DNA of 64,000 nucleotides from a virus (lineage: Duplodnaviria > Caudoviricetes), in IMG/VR virus record IMGVR_UViG_3300032038_000033, positions 1-64,000 of that record; one strand, given 5' to 3'. Numbering within the stretch: the stretch's first letter is position 1; every line of letters begins with the position of its first letter. The position numbers and the translations under genes were made by a program. The notes beneath the pieces were generated by a model. The model made no database searches and was not told the origin of the DNA. It saw only the letters and a list, made by a program, of their open reading frames with translations. This document shows, one piece after another, positions 1-11,024 of the stretch.

Positions 1-1
1 T

Positions 2-691
2 AATGTTTCTCAACCAGATAATAATACTTCTGTTATTATACAAGATATAGTTAGTAAGGATTGTATTAATGATAAAACTAATTTAAATAATATAGATTCT
101 ATTAGTGAAACAGATAATAAAAATAATGCGTTGTTAAATGATTTAAGTAATATACAGAATGATAAACAAGAAACTAAGTCTAAAAAGAAGAAAGAGTTTG
201 TATTAAATACTAAGGGTGATAAACCTAAGCCTAAAAGAAATACTAAATCTAATAGAGCTAAAGAAACAGCTAAGATGTTTGTTTTAATAAAACAATTATT
301 TGAGAATGATGAAGTCAACGAACCTGATTTAGTAGAAATACTTACACAGTATTTACAGTCAAGGTTAGGAATGAAAGAAGCTAAAGCATTAACTTATGAA
401 GTTTGGCAAAGTCAATTAGAATTACTTATTAAGATTTGTGAAGGAGATTATAAGTATGCAGAAGATGTGGCTACTCAGGCATATTTAGGGCAATATAGAG
501 TTTTATGTTTTCCTAATCAACAGAAATCTAATAAGACTTATAATGGCTATAATGGAAATAAGAAATATGGATATGAAATAGAAGCTAATGAGGAATTTAT
601 ACAATTAAGTAACACTGAAAGAAAAGAAAGAAAGCAAGTTCTTAATACTCGTATTGCAAAAAATACTGACGGAAATGATTTCAAATTCTAA
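2..691 (+). CDS. C-terminal part of probable replication initiator (frame is open from the window start)
   Basis: No stop between nt 2 and the listed ORF at 131; lies directly upstream of DnaC-like loader, helicase and primase. Function inferred from position only. Confidence 0.4.
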   Translation, partial: NVSQPDNNTSVIIQDIVSKDCINDKTNLNNIDSISETDNKNNALLNDLSNIQNDKQETKSKKKKEFVLNTKGDKPKPKRNTKSNRAKETAKMFVLIKQLFENDEVNEPDLVEILTQYLQSRLGMKEAKALTYEVWQSQLELLIKICEGDYKYAEDVATQAYLGQYRVLCFPNQQKSNKTYNGYNGNKKYGYEIEANEEFIQLSNTERKERKQVLNTRIAKNTDGNDFKF

Positions 692-707
692 ATTCTAAAT
701 TCTAAAA

Positions 708-772
708 TTAACATTGAATTTATATTTTGTTAATATTTATATAACAAATAATTGTGTACAATATGTTATAAT
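708..772 (+). promoter_or_regulatory. Phage promoter, repeat-box class
   Basis: TTAACA-N5-TTTATA-N5-TTAATA, 31 nt gap, then TG-T-TATAAT at 767. Confidence 0.6.
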
Positions 773-828
773 TTTACTATAAACAAAAAAATGTAAGCAA
801 TTCTGAATTTATGTAGAACAAAAAGAAA

Positions 829-2616
829 GTGATGTGTAAAAAATTTATGGCAGAATACGAATTTAATTGGGATTGCAATAAATGTTGGTATAAGGAAGTT
901 TGTAGTAAATTTGGTACTCCTGAATGTAATCGACAATGTATAAGATATTCAGAAATGGATTATCTCATGTATTTATCTAATATACCTAAAGCAAGACAAG
1001 CTCCTTATTATTTATCTCCCGAACAAGATGATTTAGATGCTTTTTTCTATCTTAAACAAATTAAAGATAATATAAAAGGTTTTGTTGATAATGGGGATAA
1101 TCTTTATATTTATAGTGAAAATAGTGGTAATGGCAAAGCACAGCCTTTATCTGCTAAAGTATTAACTGAAACTGGATATAAAGATATGTCACAAATACAA
1201 CTAAAAGAAAAAGTATTTGGTGAAGATGGTAATTTGCATAGAGTTATAGGTATCTTTCCGCAAGGGAAACAAGATGTATATAAAGTAACATTTTCTGATA
1301 ATACTTATACCCATTGTACTAAAGAACATTTATGGACAGTACAAACTAATAGTAAAGGTATTCATACAATTACTTTAGAAGATATGATGAATAATCTTAA
1401 TAAATCTACCCATAACAATAATTCCGTATTTAATTATCGAATACCTTTATGTCAACCTATAAACTTTGCCGAAAAATACTTAGCTAATGACCCTTATATA
1501 ATGGGATTAGTAGTTGGTAATTATATCAATAATAAAACATCAAAAAATACTCTTAATAATGTTAAGTCAAAAGAAATTTTAGATAATCTTACTGAAAAAT
1601 GTGAAATCAATGATAAGATAAGATTAGAATGTCGGGATAAATCTAAAGGTAATTATAACATTTATATCAATGATGAACAGGTAATGTTATATGCTAAGGA
1701 TTTTACTGATACGGAAAAATTTAATCATTTAATTAACTCGTATTTGTATAATGACATTTATGTGCGTTATGAATTTCTAAAAGGCATTATTGATATGTCT
1801 GGTAAGTTTAGAGATAAATCAAATATTATAAGAATAGCACATAGAAATGAAAATATAATTAAACTTATTCAGCAAGCGGTAGAATTATTAGGTGGTATGT
1901 GTAGTATAGAAACACATAAAAATACTATAAGACAATCTAATTATATTAGAAAAGAACAAAAACCTAATAATATGTTATATATAGCATATATAGATATGCC
2001 TATAGCAAAATATAAACTATATTGTTCATCTAAATATTATGAAAAAATAATATCAAAGTATGAAGAATATACGCCGAGAAAGTATATTACAAATATTGAA
2101 TATTCACATAAAGAAGAATGTCAATGTATTAAACTTGATAGCAAATCAGAATTATATTTAACAAATAACTGTATTGTTACTCATAATACATCTTGGGCTA
2201 TAAAACTTATGCAAGAATACTTTAATCAAGTTTGGTATGGTAATAGATTTAGATGTAGAGGATTATTTGTTTTTGTTCCAGAATTTCTAAGTCTTGTTAG
2301 AAAAAATATGTATAATCCTTCAAAAGAATTTATTGATTTTGAGGATAGAGTTAAACAAGCTGACTTAGTTATATGGGATGATATTGGTTCAAGTAAGCTA
2401 AATGAATCTGATAATTTACAACTATTAACTTATATTAATAAAAGAGAACTTGAACTAAAAGCCAATATCTATACAAGTAATGTTCCATATAACAGATTGG
2501 TTGAATTAGTTGGAGCCAGATTAGCAAGTAGAATTTGGAATAAAAGTATAAGAGTAAAATTAGTAGGAATGGATAGGAGAGGGTTAGAAGATGGTGACTC
2601 TTCAGATACTGAATAA
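829..2616 (+). CDS. DnaC/IstB-like helicase loader ATPase, intein-containing
   Basis: Cys-rich N-terminus; Walker A SGNGK|T split by intein; Walker B LVIWDDIG; IYTSN; RLASRI. Confidence 0.85.
   Translation: MMCKKFMAEYEFNWDCNKCWYKEVCSKFGTPECNRQCIRYSEMDYLMYLSNIPKARQAPYYLSPEQDDLDAFFYLKQIKDNIKGFVDNGDNLYIYSENSGNGKAQPLSAKVLTETGYKDMSQIQLKEKVFGEDGNLHRVIGIFPQGKQDVYKVTFSDNTYTHCTKEHLWTVQTNSKGIHTITLEDMMNNLNKSTHNNNSVFNYRIPLCQPINFAEKYLANDPYIMGLVVGNYINNKTSKNTLNNVKSKEILDNLTEKCEINDKIRLECRDKSKGNYNIYINDEQVMLYAKDFTDTEKFNHLINSYLYNDIYVRYEFLKGIIDMSGKFRDKSNIIRIAHRNENIIKLIQQAVELLGGMCSIETHKNTIRQSNYIRKEQKPNNMLYIAYIDMPIAKYKLYCSSKYYEKIISKYEEYTPRKYITNIEYSHKEECQCIKLDSKSELYLTNNCIVTHNTSWAIKLMQEYFNQVWYGNRFRCRGLFVFVPEFLSLVRKNMYNPSKEFIDFEDRVKQADLVIWDDIGSSKLNESDNLQLLTYINKRELELKANIYTSNVPYNRLVELVGARLASRIWNKSIRVKLVGMDRRGLEDGDSSDTE
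1138..2187 (+). mobile_element. Class 3 (Ala1, WCT-type) intein, 350 aa, with degenerate LAGLIDADG region
   Basis: Starts AQPLSAKVLT after GNGK, block B CTKEHLW, block F ECQCI, ends VTHN followed by T; FLKGIIDMSG resembles a LAGLIDADG motif. Confidence 0.88.
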
Positions 2617-3961
2617 AGTAATACAATCTTCTGATATCTCGTTAATACAAAATAATGATTTAACAGTGGATTATTTTCCAGAATATGAGCCTGAGTTTGA
2701 TTTTATAATGAATCATTATCAAACATATGGCAATGTTCCAGATAAAGAAACATTTTCTTCTGTATTTCCTAATTTTGAATATATACAAGTTACTGAATCA
2801 GATAAGTATTTATTAGATACTGTTTTTGAAGAATATAACTATTCAAGAATGGTAGAAATAATTCAGAAAAGCGCTGATTTATTAAAATCAAATAGTAATG
2901 ATGCTGTAGAATATCTTAAAACCGCTATGGCTGATATTAATATTAAGTCTGGCAGAACATATGTAGATATTGTAGGTCAAGCAGATTTGCGATTAAATGA
3001 ATTTAAAAATAAACAAAATTCAGAAGAACCTTGGTGCATATCTACTGGTTTTCCAGAACTTGATAATATTGTTCAAGGCTGGACAAAGGGAGAAGAGTTT
3101 GTTGTAATTTTTGCAAGGACAGGTCAAGGTAAATCGTGGGTGTTAGTTAAAACAGCCACTCATGCTTGGAAATTAGGATTTAGAGTAGGTTATATATCTC
3201 CTGAAATGAGTTCCAATAAAATAGGTTATAGATTTGATACTCTCAATGAACATTTTTCTAATACAGGACTTTTAACTGGTAATGCAGAAAATTATGAAGA
3301 ATATATAAAAGAGCTTATAAATAATAAAGATAGACCTCTGTATGTAGCAACACCAGTAGATTTTAATAAGAGAATTACAGTAAGTAAACTTAGAACTTTT
3401 TGTATTGATAATAGATTAGATATGTTATGTGTGGATGGTATTAAGTATTTAACTGATGAAAGGGCTCATAGAAATGATAATCTAACAACACAATTAACTA
3501 ATATATCAGAAGACTTAATATATTTAAGTATGGAATTACAAATACCTGTCTTAGTAGTAGTTCAATCTAACAGACAAGGCGTTAGAGATGGCGAAAATGA
3601 TAGTGGTACACCTGACCTTGAAAATATAAGAGATAGTGATGGTATAGCTCATAATGCTACTAAAGTAATATCTTTAAGACAGACTGGACCCGGACTTGAA
3701 ATGGGTATTAAAAAGAATAGAGATGGCGCTAATAATGTTAAATTAGTTTATACTTGGGATATAGATACAGGTACTTTTACATATGTTCCAGGTGAAAGTG
3801 ATATGAACGCTATACCTACTACTTCTCATTCAAGTAATAATACTAACAATACTAAAAGAAGTAAAGGTAAAAGTAATTCTAATAATAATGAAAGAAATAC
3901 ATTAGCAGATGTTAAGCCTGAGCCGAGAATGGCATTTGCTGATAAGAGTAGTCCGTTTTAA
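2591..3961 (+). CDS. dnaB: DnaB-like replicative helicase
   Basis: STGFPELD, ARTGQGKS Walker A, ISPEM, VDGI, VVQSNR, DSDGIAHNA. Confidence 0.9.
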   Translation: MVTLQILNKVIQSSDISLIQNNDLTVDYFPEYEPEFDFIMNHYQTYGNVPDKETFSSVFPNFEYIQVTESDKYLLDTVFEEYNYSRMVEIIQKSADLLKSNSNDAVEYLKTAMADINIKSGRTYVDIVGQADLRLNEFKNKQNSEEPWCISTGFPELDNIVQGWTKGEEFVVIFARTGQGKSWVLVKTATHAWKLGFRVGYISPEMSSNKIGYRFDTLNEHFSNTGLLTGNAENYEEYIKELINNKDRPLYVATPVDFNKRITVSKLRTFCIDNRLDMLCVDGIKYLTDERAHRNDNLTTQLTNISEDLIYLSMELQIPVLVVVQSNRQGVRDGENDSGTPDLENIRDSDGIAHNATKVISLRQTGPGLEMGIKKNRDGANNVKLVYTWDIDTGTFTYVPGESDMNAIPTTSHSSNNTNNTKRSKGKSNSNNNERNTLADVKPEPRMAFADKSSPF

Positions 3962-3988
3962 AATTTTTATATTTAAGGATATAATAAT

Positions 3989-5035
3989 ATGTTCTATGTA
4001 GCAGGAAAACCAATAATAGCTTCTGAAATAGAAGTATTACAAGAATTAAAATCACAATTAGCTTTACAAGGAATATATAGATTTGATAAGTTCATAGAAA
4101 CTGAAAATCATATACAGTTTAACTGTCCTATTCATAAAGGTGGTCAAGAGCGTAAGCCTTCTTGTGGTATTACTAAAAATAGAATAGTTACTGAATTAGG
4201 TAATGGCAATAAAAAGATTACTGAAGCCGGTACTGTACATTGTTTTCAATGCGGATATACTACATCTTTACCCGAAATGATAAGCGATTGTTTTGGTAAA
4301 AATGATATGGGTATGTTTGGACATCAATGGTTAGCAAAGAATTTTTTAACAGTTTCAGTACAAGAAAGAAAACCATTAGAACTTGATTTAAGTAGAAATA
4401 AAAAAGTAGAAACACCAAAAATAGAATATATTACAGAAGAAGAATTAGATAGTTATAGATATATTCACCCATATATGTATCAGCGTAAACTTACTGATGA
4501 AGTAATAAATATGTTTGATGTAGGTTATGATAAAGATTTTACTTTAAAAACTAAAGATAAAGCGACTGGTAAAGATAAAGAATTACATTTTGGTGAATGT
4601 GTAACTTTTCCTATTCGTGATGAAAAAGGAAATGTATTATTTATAGCGAGAAGAAGTATTCATACTAAAATGTTTCATTATCCTAATGATGCAATTAAGC
4701 CTGTTTACGGCTTATATGAATTACCAAAAAATACAAATACAATAATTATATGTGAAAGTATATTTAATGCTTTAACTTGTTATGTATATGGTATTCCAGC
4801 GGTAGCTCTTAATGGAACAGGTACAGAGTTACAGATGGAACAATTAGCTAAATTACCTTGCAGAGAATTTATATTAGGTCTTGACCCTGATAGTGCAGGA
4901 GAAAGAGGAATACAAAAAATTAAAAAAGCATTAGGTAATAAAAAATTACTTAAACGCTTTATAATACCAACTGGTAAAGATATCAATGATTTATCAAAAG
5001 AAGAATTTGATAACTTACCAATTACCTTTGTATAA
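3989..5035 (+). CDS. DNA primase (Zn finger + TOPRIM)
   Basis: CPIH...HCFQC zinc finger; ICESIFNA; LDPDSAG; KDIND. Confidence 0.9.
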   Translation: MFYVAGKPIIASEIEVLQELKSQLALQGIYRFDKFIETENHIQFNCPIHKGGQERKPSCGITKNRIVTELGNGNKKITEAGTVHCFQCGYTTSLPEMISDCFGKNDMGMFGHQWLAKNFLTVSVQERKPLELDLSRNKKVETPKIEYITEEELDSYRYIHPYMYQRKLTDEVINMFDVGYDKDFTLKTKDKATGKDKELHFGECVTFPIRDEKGNVLFIARRSIHTKMFHYPNDAIKPVYGLYELPKNTNTIIICESIFNALTCYVYGIPAVALNGTGTELQMEQLAKLPCREFILGLDPDSAGERGIQKIKKALGNKKLLKRFIIPTGKDINDLSKEEFDNLPITFV

Positions 5036-5076
5036 GTTACACATTAAAAAATAAAAATCTTTGTATAGTATTATGC

Positions 5077-5105
5077 TTTACAAATATCATTAAATGTGCT
5101 ATACT
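5077..5105 (+). promoter_or_regulatory. Canonical sigma-A-type promoter
   Basis: TTTACA-N17-TATACT with extended TG. Confidence 0.65.
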
Positions 5106-5410
5106 TATTATGTAGTTAAAAAACAAAAATAGAGTACAAGTAGTTTATTTAAACTAAGTACAATAAGAAGAGAAAACAATTAAAAACAAAAAACCTATTG
5201 AAACAATTAAAAGAAGAGAAACAACTTATTTTTATTTAGCATTTTTATTCATCCTTTCAAATAGAATAAGTTCCCCTTTCTACTTAGCAGAGCAGATTAG
5301 GCTTAGTTTTTATTTATTACTTCTATTGTATGTAGTTATAAATAATACTAAGCCTAATTTGTTTTTTAATATATAATAATTATTTTATTTTAGAAAGGAA
5401 ATGATAAAAA

Positions 5411-6133
5411 ATGGCAGGTTTTAATCTCAATGATGTTGATAAGTATGGTGGCGAAAGTTTAGCTAATTTCTTTACATTAGCAGATGATGGTGATAGTGCA
5501 ATAGTGAGATTTATGTATGATACACTTGATGATATTCAGGGTTATGCTATACATACAATTAAGAATGGCGACAAGGAAATTACTATTAGCTGTCTTAGAA
5601 ATTATGATGAAGAAATTAGTAATTGTCCTCTTTGTGCCAATAAGAATTTTCAGAAAGCAAGATTATATCTTTCATTATATAACGAAGATGCTAATGAAAT
5701 TCAGATATGGACAAGAGGTAAGCAGATAGTACCTGAGATAATGAAAACATTTACGCCTATTCAGGATAATGTATGTGGCGGTAGAGTTAAGATTACAAGA
5801 AAAGGTGCTAAAGGCGATAAGTATACTAAATATATAATGGAACTTATTAATACCGATGACTTAACACTTGAAGAACTTATAGAAAATGTAGGTGAGCCTA
5901 CAAATCCTATGGGTACTCTTATTAAAGATTATTCATTTGATGAACTTACTAACTATGTAAATACTGGCAAACTTCCTGATATTGAAATTGAACAGTCTGC
6001 ACAGGTAAATGTAGCTTATAGAGGTAATAATTTCAATAACAATACAAATAATAATTCTTTTAATAGGGGTAGTACAAATGCAAATCCTATAAGAAGAAAT
6101 TATGTTCCTGGTGGTAATAATAGCTTTAACTAA
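5411..6133 (+). CDS. Single-stranded DNA-binding protein (gp32-like)
   Basis: FFTLADDGDSAIVRF, CPLC, KITRKG..TKY; located between primase and polymerase. Confidence 0.7.
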   Translation: MAGFNLNDVDKYGGESLANFFTLADDGDSAIVRFMYDTLDDIQGYAIHTIKNGDKEITISCLRNYDEEISNCPLCANKNFQKARLYLSLYNEDANEIQIWTRGKQIVPEIMKTFTPIQDNVCGGRVKITRKGAKGDKYTKYIMELINTDDLTLEELIENVGEPTNPMGTLIKDYSFDELTNYVNTGKLPDIEIEQSAQVNVAYRGNNFNNNTNNNSFNRGSTNANPIRRNYVPGGNNSFN

Positions 6134-6151
6134 TTAGGCGGTGATTAGTAA

Positions 6152-7450
6152 ATGGCTTTATTTAATTTACCAAAGAATAAAAATTCAAGAAGTAATGATA
6201 GTAAAGCTGTTTCTAAATCATCTTCTATAAAAAGTAATAAAACTATTACTATTAAAGGTGGAGGTACTTTAGCGGATAAGATACAATCTATATCCGTTTT
6301 AGTAGAAAGTAAACTTGGTAAATATAAGAAAGACTATGATGTTATAAGAGACGAACCTGAAAAGTTAAAACAATATATTGATGTTTGTATTGAAAATAAT
6401 ATAGTAGCAATAGATACAGAAACTACAGGTCTTGACCCAATGCAAGATGATATTGTAGGATTTTCATTATATACACCAGGACAAAAAGCAGTTTATGTTC
6501 CTTTAAATCATATAAGTTATATAACACAGATTAAATCAAATAATCAAATTAGTATTGATGTAGTAACTGAACAATTTCAAAGGTTGGCAGATAATAATGT
6601 AAGAATTATAATGTTTAATGCACCTTTTGATATAAGAGTTATCTGGAGTCATATTAAAGTTAGATTACATTGTTGGTTTGATTGTTATATAGCAGCAAGA
6701 TGTTTAAATGAAAATGAGCCTGCTAATGGACTTAAAGCTCTACATAAAAAATATGTGGAAGATGATACAGGAACAGCTTGGAGTTTTTCAAAATTATTTG
6801 ATACAATTCCATTTTCATTAGTTCCTATAAAAGACGGCTATATTTATGCAGCAAGAGATGCTTTAGTAACTTATGAATTATTCGAGTATCAATTACCATT
6901 CTTAGAATTAGAGAATGAAAAATGTAAGTTACATCAATTAGAAGGAGTTTCTAATATATTCTGGAATATAGAAATGAAATCTATGGACGCATTTATAGAT
7001 ATGGAACAGTTAGGTATTTCATTAGATTTTGATTATTGTGAAAAGTTATCTAATAAATATCATAAACTTGTAGATGTATCTAAGTCTAATATAGATAAAA
7101 TTCTTAAAGAATATAGACCTAAAATTGATGATTATAGACGTTCTCACCCTAATAGTGGTTTAGATAATCCAATAAATATAGCAAGTACAAAACAATTATC
7201 TTGTTTATTATATGATATTTTAGGTGTTAAAGTAGTAGATGAAAGAAATCCAAGAGGTGTTGGTAAAGAAATTTTGGAACAAATAAAATTACCCTTATGT
7301 AAAGCTATCTTGGAACAACGAAAACTTGAAAAACTTTTATCTACATATATAGATAAAATGCCTGAAATAGCTAATCCAAATGATGGTAGAGTTCATTGTA
7401 AATTTAATCAGTACGGTGCAGATACTGGCCGTACGAGTTCAAATGAGCCT
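6152..7450 (+). CDS. polA: DNA polymerase family A, exon 1 (3'-5' exonuclease)
   Basis: AIDTETTGL ExoI, YAARDA ExoIII, ends TGRTSSNEP; spliced product 785 aa. Confidence 0.92.
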
Positions 7451-8385
7451 AGACTTACTGCATATTGGGCTCATAAAATCAGGTTAATTCAGGGAAGGTT
7501 AGCAGCTTAATAATTATCTGAAGGATATAATTATGTTACTGCTAAATAATCCTGAGCTAAGACACTCATAAATCTATTCGATAAAGGAGTACACGTTATG
7601 AGAAAAATTATTCTAAATGAACAAACAATACAAGATATTAAATGTTATATTCAGCAAGGTCATACAATTATGGAAACCGCTAATAAGTTTACATTAAAAC
7701 CAGATACATTAAAAAGAATTATGCGAGAAAATAATATAAAACCCTTTTTTAAAAAACCTAATGTATCCATAAGACCTATTACATCTGAGATGATTCAAGG
7801 AGCTTGTAATTTATATTTAAACACAAATACGACATTGCAAACTATTGCAAAGACATTCAAATTAGAATATTGGGAATTACAAGAGATTTTAAATTCTAAT
7901 TTTACAGAAGAGGAACAAAAAATTAGAAAAAGAAAATTATATTCCTTGAGTAAAACTGGCAGTAAAAATCCAATGAAAGACAGAACAGGATTGAATCATC
8001 CTAATTATAAAGGTATAGTTTACGATGGAAATGGTTATTTAATGTGTTTAAAGCCTGATTGGTATACTGGAAGAATTAAAAGTAATTATGTGTTTGTTCA
8101 TACACTGGTAATGTGTGAAGCTCTTAATATCACTGAACTTCCTAAAGGTTTTGTAATTCATCATATAAATGGAGATAAGAAAGATAATAATATATCTAAT
8201 TTAGCTTTACTTACAATGGGAGCTCACACTAAATTACATTCAATACAGAATAATATGTGTAAAGTGCAGAGACTATTCAAATATGAAGTAGGTTTAGAAG
8301 GAACTTCTAATTCCGAAACGCCTGACGATACTTGTATATAATTTTAAGATTATATAAGGTTGATGAAGATATAGTCCACTAAATG
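7451..8385 (+). mobile_element. Group I intron 1 in polA (P|N site) encoding an HNH endonuclease
   Basis: Exon ends in U, intron ends in G. P1 GAGCCU/GGGCUC(7467-72); P10 CAUAUU/AAUAUG; core elements AATTCAGGGAA, AATCCTGAGC, GCAGAGACTA, AAGATATAGTCC; splicing restores SSNEP-NMQNIP. Confidence 0.92.
7598..8341 (+). CDS. Intron-encoded HNH homing endonuclease
   Basis: VHTLV...VIHHINGDKKDNNISNL; own RBS AAGGAG. Confidence 0.88.
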   Translation: MRKIILNEQTIQDIKCYIQQGHTIMETANKFTLKPDTLKRIMRENNIKPFFKKPNVSIRPITSEMIQGACNLYLNTNTTLQTIAKTFKLEYWELQEILNSNFTEEEQKIRKRKLYSLSKTGSKNPMKDRTGLNHPNYKGIVYDGNGYLMCLKPDWYTGRIKSNYVFVHTLVMCEALNITELPKGFVIHHINGDKKDNNISNLALLTMGAHTKLHSIQNNMCKVQRLFKYEVGLEGTSNSETPDDTCI

Positions 8386-9195
8386 AATATGCAAAATATT
8401 CCTTCACGTCCTTGGAAATTAGTTGATGGTACTAAAGTAGATGCTGGACACGATGTAAGACAAATGTTTTGTGCAAGTCCTGGTAATATACTTATATCTT
8501 GTGACTATTCAGCACAAGAACCAAGAGTAACAGCACATTTAAGTAAAGACGAAAAGATGATAAATGCTTATCTAGCAGGCAAAGACGTTTATTCAGAAAT
8601 AGCTGCTATAGCGTTTAATAAAACTTATGAAGAATGTCTCGAATTTGTCTTAGATGAAAACGGCAATAAAACAGATGTTACTAATGTAGAAGGTAAGGGT
8701 AGAAGAACCCAGGCAAAATCAATCGTTTTGGGAATACTTTATGGACGAAGTATTCCTTCAATAGCAGAACAATTACATTGTGAAAATGAAAAAGCTCAAC
8801 AAATTTATGATGATGTATTAAATAAGTTTACTGGTCTTAAAGCATTTAAACAAGATAGTGAGGAAATGGCGAGAAGATACGGATATGTTACTACTGTTTG
8901 GGGTAGAAAACGTAGACTTGTAGATATGCAACTTCCTTATTATGAATTTTCTTATAAAGAAGGTCAAATACCTATAGATTTTGACCCATTAGCAGATGAA
9001 GATAATGCTAATATAAGTACAGAAGTACCTAATGATATATGTGAAAAATATACTAATAAACTTCTTAATGCTAAATATTATAAAGATAGAAAACGTATTG
9101 AAGAAGAATTAGATAAAATGGGTATTACTATTAAAAATAATACTAAGAAAATTAGAGATGCTACAAGACAATGTGTAAATGCAAGAGTGCAGGGT
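8386..9195 (+). CDS. polA: DNA polymerase family A, exon 2
   Basis: NMQNIP, motif A DYSAQEPR, motif B RTQAKSIVLGILYG, ends VNARVQG. Confidence 0.92.
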
Positions 9196-9816
9196 AGATT
9201 AAACTGCTCATATATACTGAACTTCATTACTCAAAGGTGTGTATAAACTTAAAGTTTATATGCTAACGGTAAAAGCTGAATAAGACTGTCATATGAAATG
9301 TTACAACAAGATATATGACTTACCCCAAAGACGAAGTAGCTTTCTAAGAGAGCCTACGGTCCTATTATAAAGTAGGATAGCAGGTAATACCGTGCTAAGT
9401 TATAATTAAATGTTCAATATAAAAATCTTTTACCAAAATATTATTTGAAAGTAAAGTGAGGTGAATTAAATGACTGATATTTATTTAATAACTAATCTTA
9501 TAAATGGAAAACAATATGTAGGGCAAACAAGAAACGGCTACATTGATAGATTTCATAGACATTTGCTTGTAAATATTTAGGAGTGAATGATAAATCCGCT
9601 ATTGCACATATAAAAAGATATGCAGATAAAATTAATAAAAATGGTAAAAGAGCAAAATTTTTAGGTTATTCTTGGACTTTATTATAAAAAGTGTATCGAC
9701 TATTCCTTAACGGAAGTACAAGGGAAGATGAGTTACCCTTGGAAGTGGTATATTAAAATTTAGTTTTAAATTTTAAAGATATAGTCAGGTATTATATGAA
9801 AATATAATAATAACCG
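9196..9816 (+). mobile_element. Group I intron 2 in polA (QG|SAAD site)
   Basis: Exon ends GGU, intron ends CCG; GTATCGACTA (about 9693) and AAGATATAGTCAG (9776); splicing restores NARVQG-SAADLTKLAM. Confidence 0.9.
9470..9687 (+). pseudogene. Internally deleted GIY-YIG homing endonuclease remnant in intron 2
   Basis: MTDIYLITNLINGKQYVGQT stops at 9580; another frame carries ACKYLG...GYSWTLL; RBS GAGGTG retained. Confidence 0.8.
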
Positions 9817-10065
9817 AGTGCCGCAGACCTCACCAAGTTAGCTATGATAGAGTTGTATAATAATCAAGAACTTAAAGATTTAGGTTTTAAGATGTTAATT
9901 CCAATACACGATGAAATATTAGCAGAATGTCCTAAAGAAAATGCTAAACGTTGTGGTGAATTAATGGAGAAGATGATGATAGATGCAGCTCGTGATTTAA
10001 TAGTTCCTATATCTTGTGATGCAGAATATACTGACCATTGGTATGGTGAGAAAATTGATATTTAA
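9817..10065 (+). CDS. polA: DNA polymerase family A, exon 3
   Basis: SAADLTKLAM...LIPIHDEIL (motif C). Confidence 0.92.
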   Translation, partial: SAADLTKLAMIELYNNQELKDLGFKMLIPIHDEILAECPKENAKRCGELMEKMMIDAARDLIVPISCDAEYTDHWYGEKIDI

Positions 10066-10084
10066 TTTAAAGGAGAGATATTAA

Positions 10085-11005
10085 GTGGCTTTTGATTTTT
10101 ATTTCGCAGGTTCTCAATGCGAAGAAACCACTAATTTATTAAAAGAATTAAATGCAAATGTTCTTAAATCTTATGTCAATGATATGAATGAAATTTTAAA
10201 GTGGTTTGAATATAAAAAACAAGGTTGGACAGGTAAACTTTTAATAGATAGTGGTGCTTTCACTGCTCATCGTAAAGAAACAGTTTTAGATATTGACAAA
10301 TATATTAAATGGTTAAATGATAATGATAATGTTATTGATTATGCTATTGAATTAGACCATATACCAGGTAGATGGGGTCAAGTTAAAACATTTGAACATA
10401 CTGAGATTGGAGCTAAAGAATCGTGGAATAATTATTTATATATGACAGAGCATTGTATTTCTCCTTTAAAAATTCTTCCAGTATTTCATCAAGGTGAAAA
10501 TTTAAAATATTTAAAACGTATTGTAAATTATAAAATAAATGATACTTTTGTTCCTTATATCTGTATTTCAGGTAATAAAGAATTAACAAGTAAACAGCGT
10601 GAAGACTGGTATGCTCAATGTTATAATATAATTAAACAGAGTAACAATCCTAATGTTAAAGTTCATTGTCTAGGTAGTGCTACTCTTTCGAATATTGTTA
10701 AATTTCCTCTAACAAGTATGGATGCTACAAGTTGGATTATGACAGGAGCTACAGGTTCTATATTTTCAGACTATGGTAATATAGTTGTAAGTAAAGAATC
10801 TAAATCCAGTCCAGAATATATTGGTAATTTACCCATTGAAGCTCAGAATGTTGTTTCGAACTATTGTAATAAATATGGAATTACATTAGAACAAGTTCAG
10901 GACAACTATCGATATAGAATGTTAATTAATATACATTATATGTTTGATAAAAGTCAAACAACATCTTATGTTAAACGCAATTTAATACGAAGAACTTTAT
11001 TTTAA
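10085..11005 (+). CDS. TGT-fold transglycosylase, DpdA-like (7-deazaguanine insertion into DNA)
   Basis: LIDSGAF, ELDHIPG, LPVFHQGE, VHCLG, SMDATSW; heads the que cluster. Confidence 0.75.
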   Translation: MAFDFYFAGSQCEETTNLLKELNANVLKSYVNDMNEILKWFEYKKQGWTGKLLIDSGAFTAHRKETVLDIDKYIKWLNDNDNVIDYAIELDHIPGRWGQVKTFEHTEIGAKESWNNYLYMTEHCISPLKILPVFHQGENLKYLKRIVNYKINDTFVPYICISGNKELTSKQREDWYAQCYNIIKQSNNPNVKVHCLGSATLSNIVKFPLTSMDATSWIMTGATGSIFSDYGNIVVSKESKSSPEYIGNLPIEAQNVVSNYCNKYGITLEQVQDNYRYRMLINIHYMFDKSQTTSYVKRNLIRRTLF

Positions 11006-11024
11006 AGAATTAGAGGTATTTATT

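Noticed and set aside
683-703. AAATTCT x3 tandem as replication iterons
   Set aside because: Too short and AT-rich, and overlaps a stop codon; compatible with slippage.
7451-7510. ORF-track C-terminal tail of the first polA fragment (likewise 9196-9246)
   Set aside because: Read-through into intron sequence, not part of the spliced protein.
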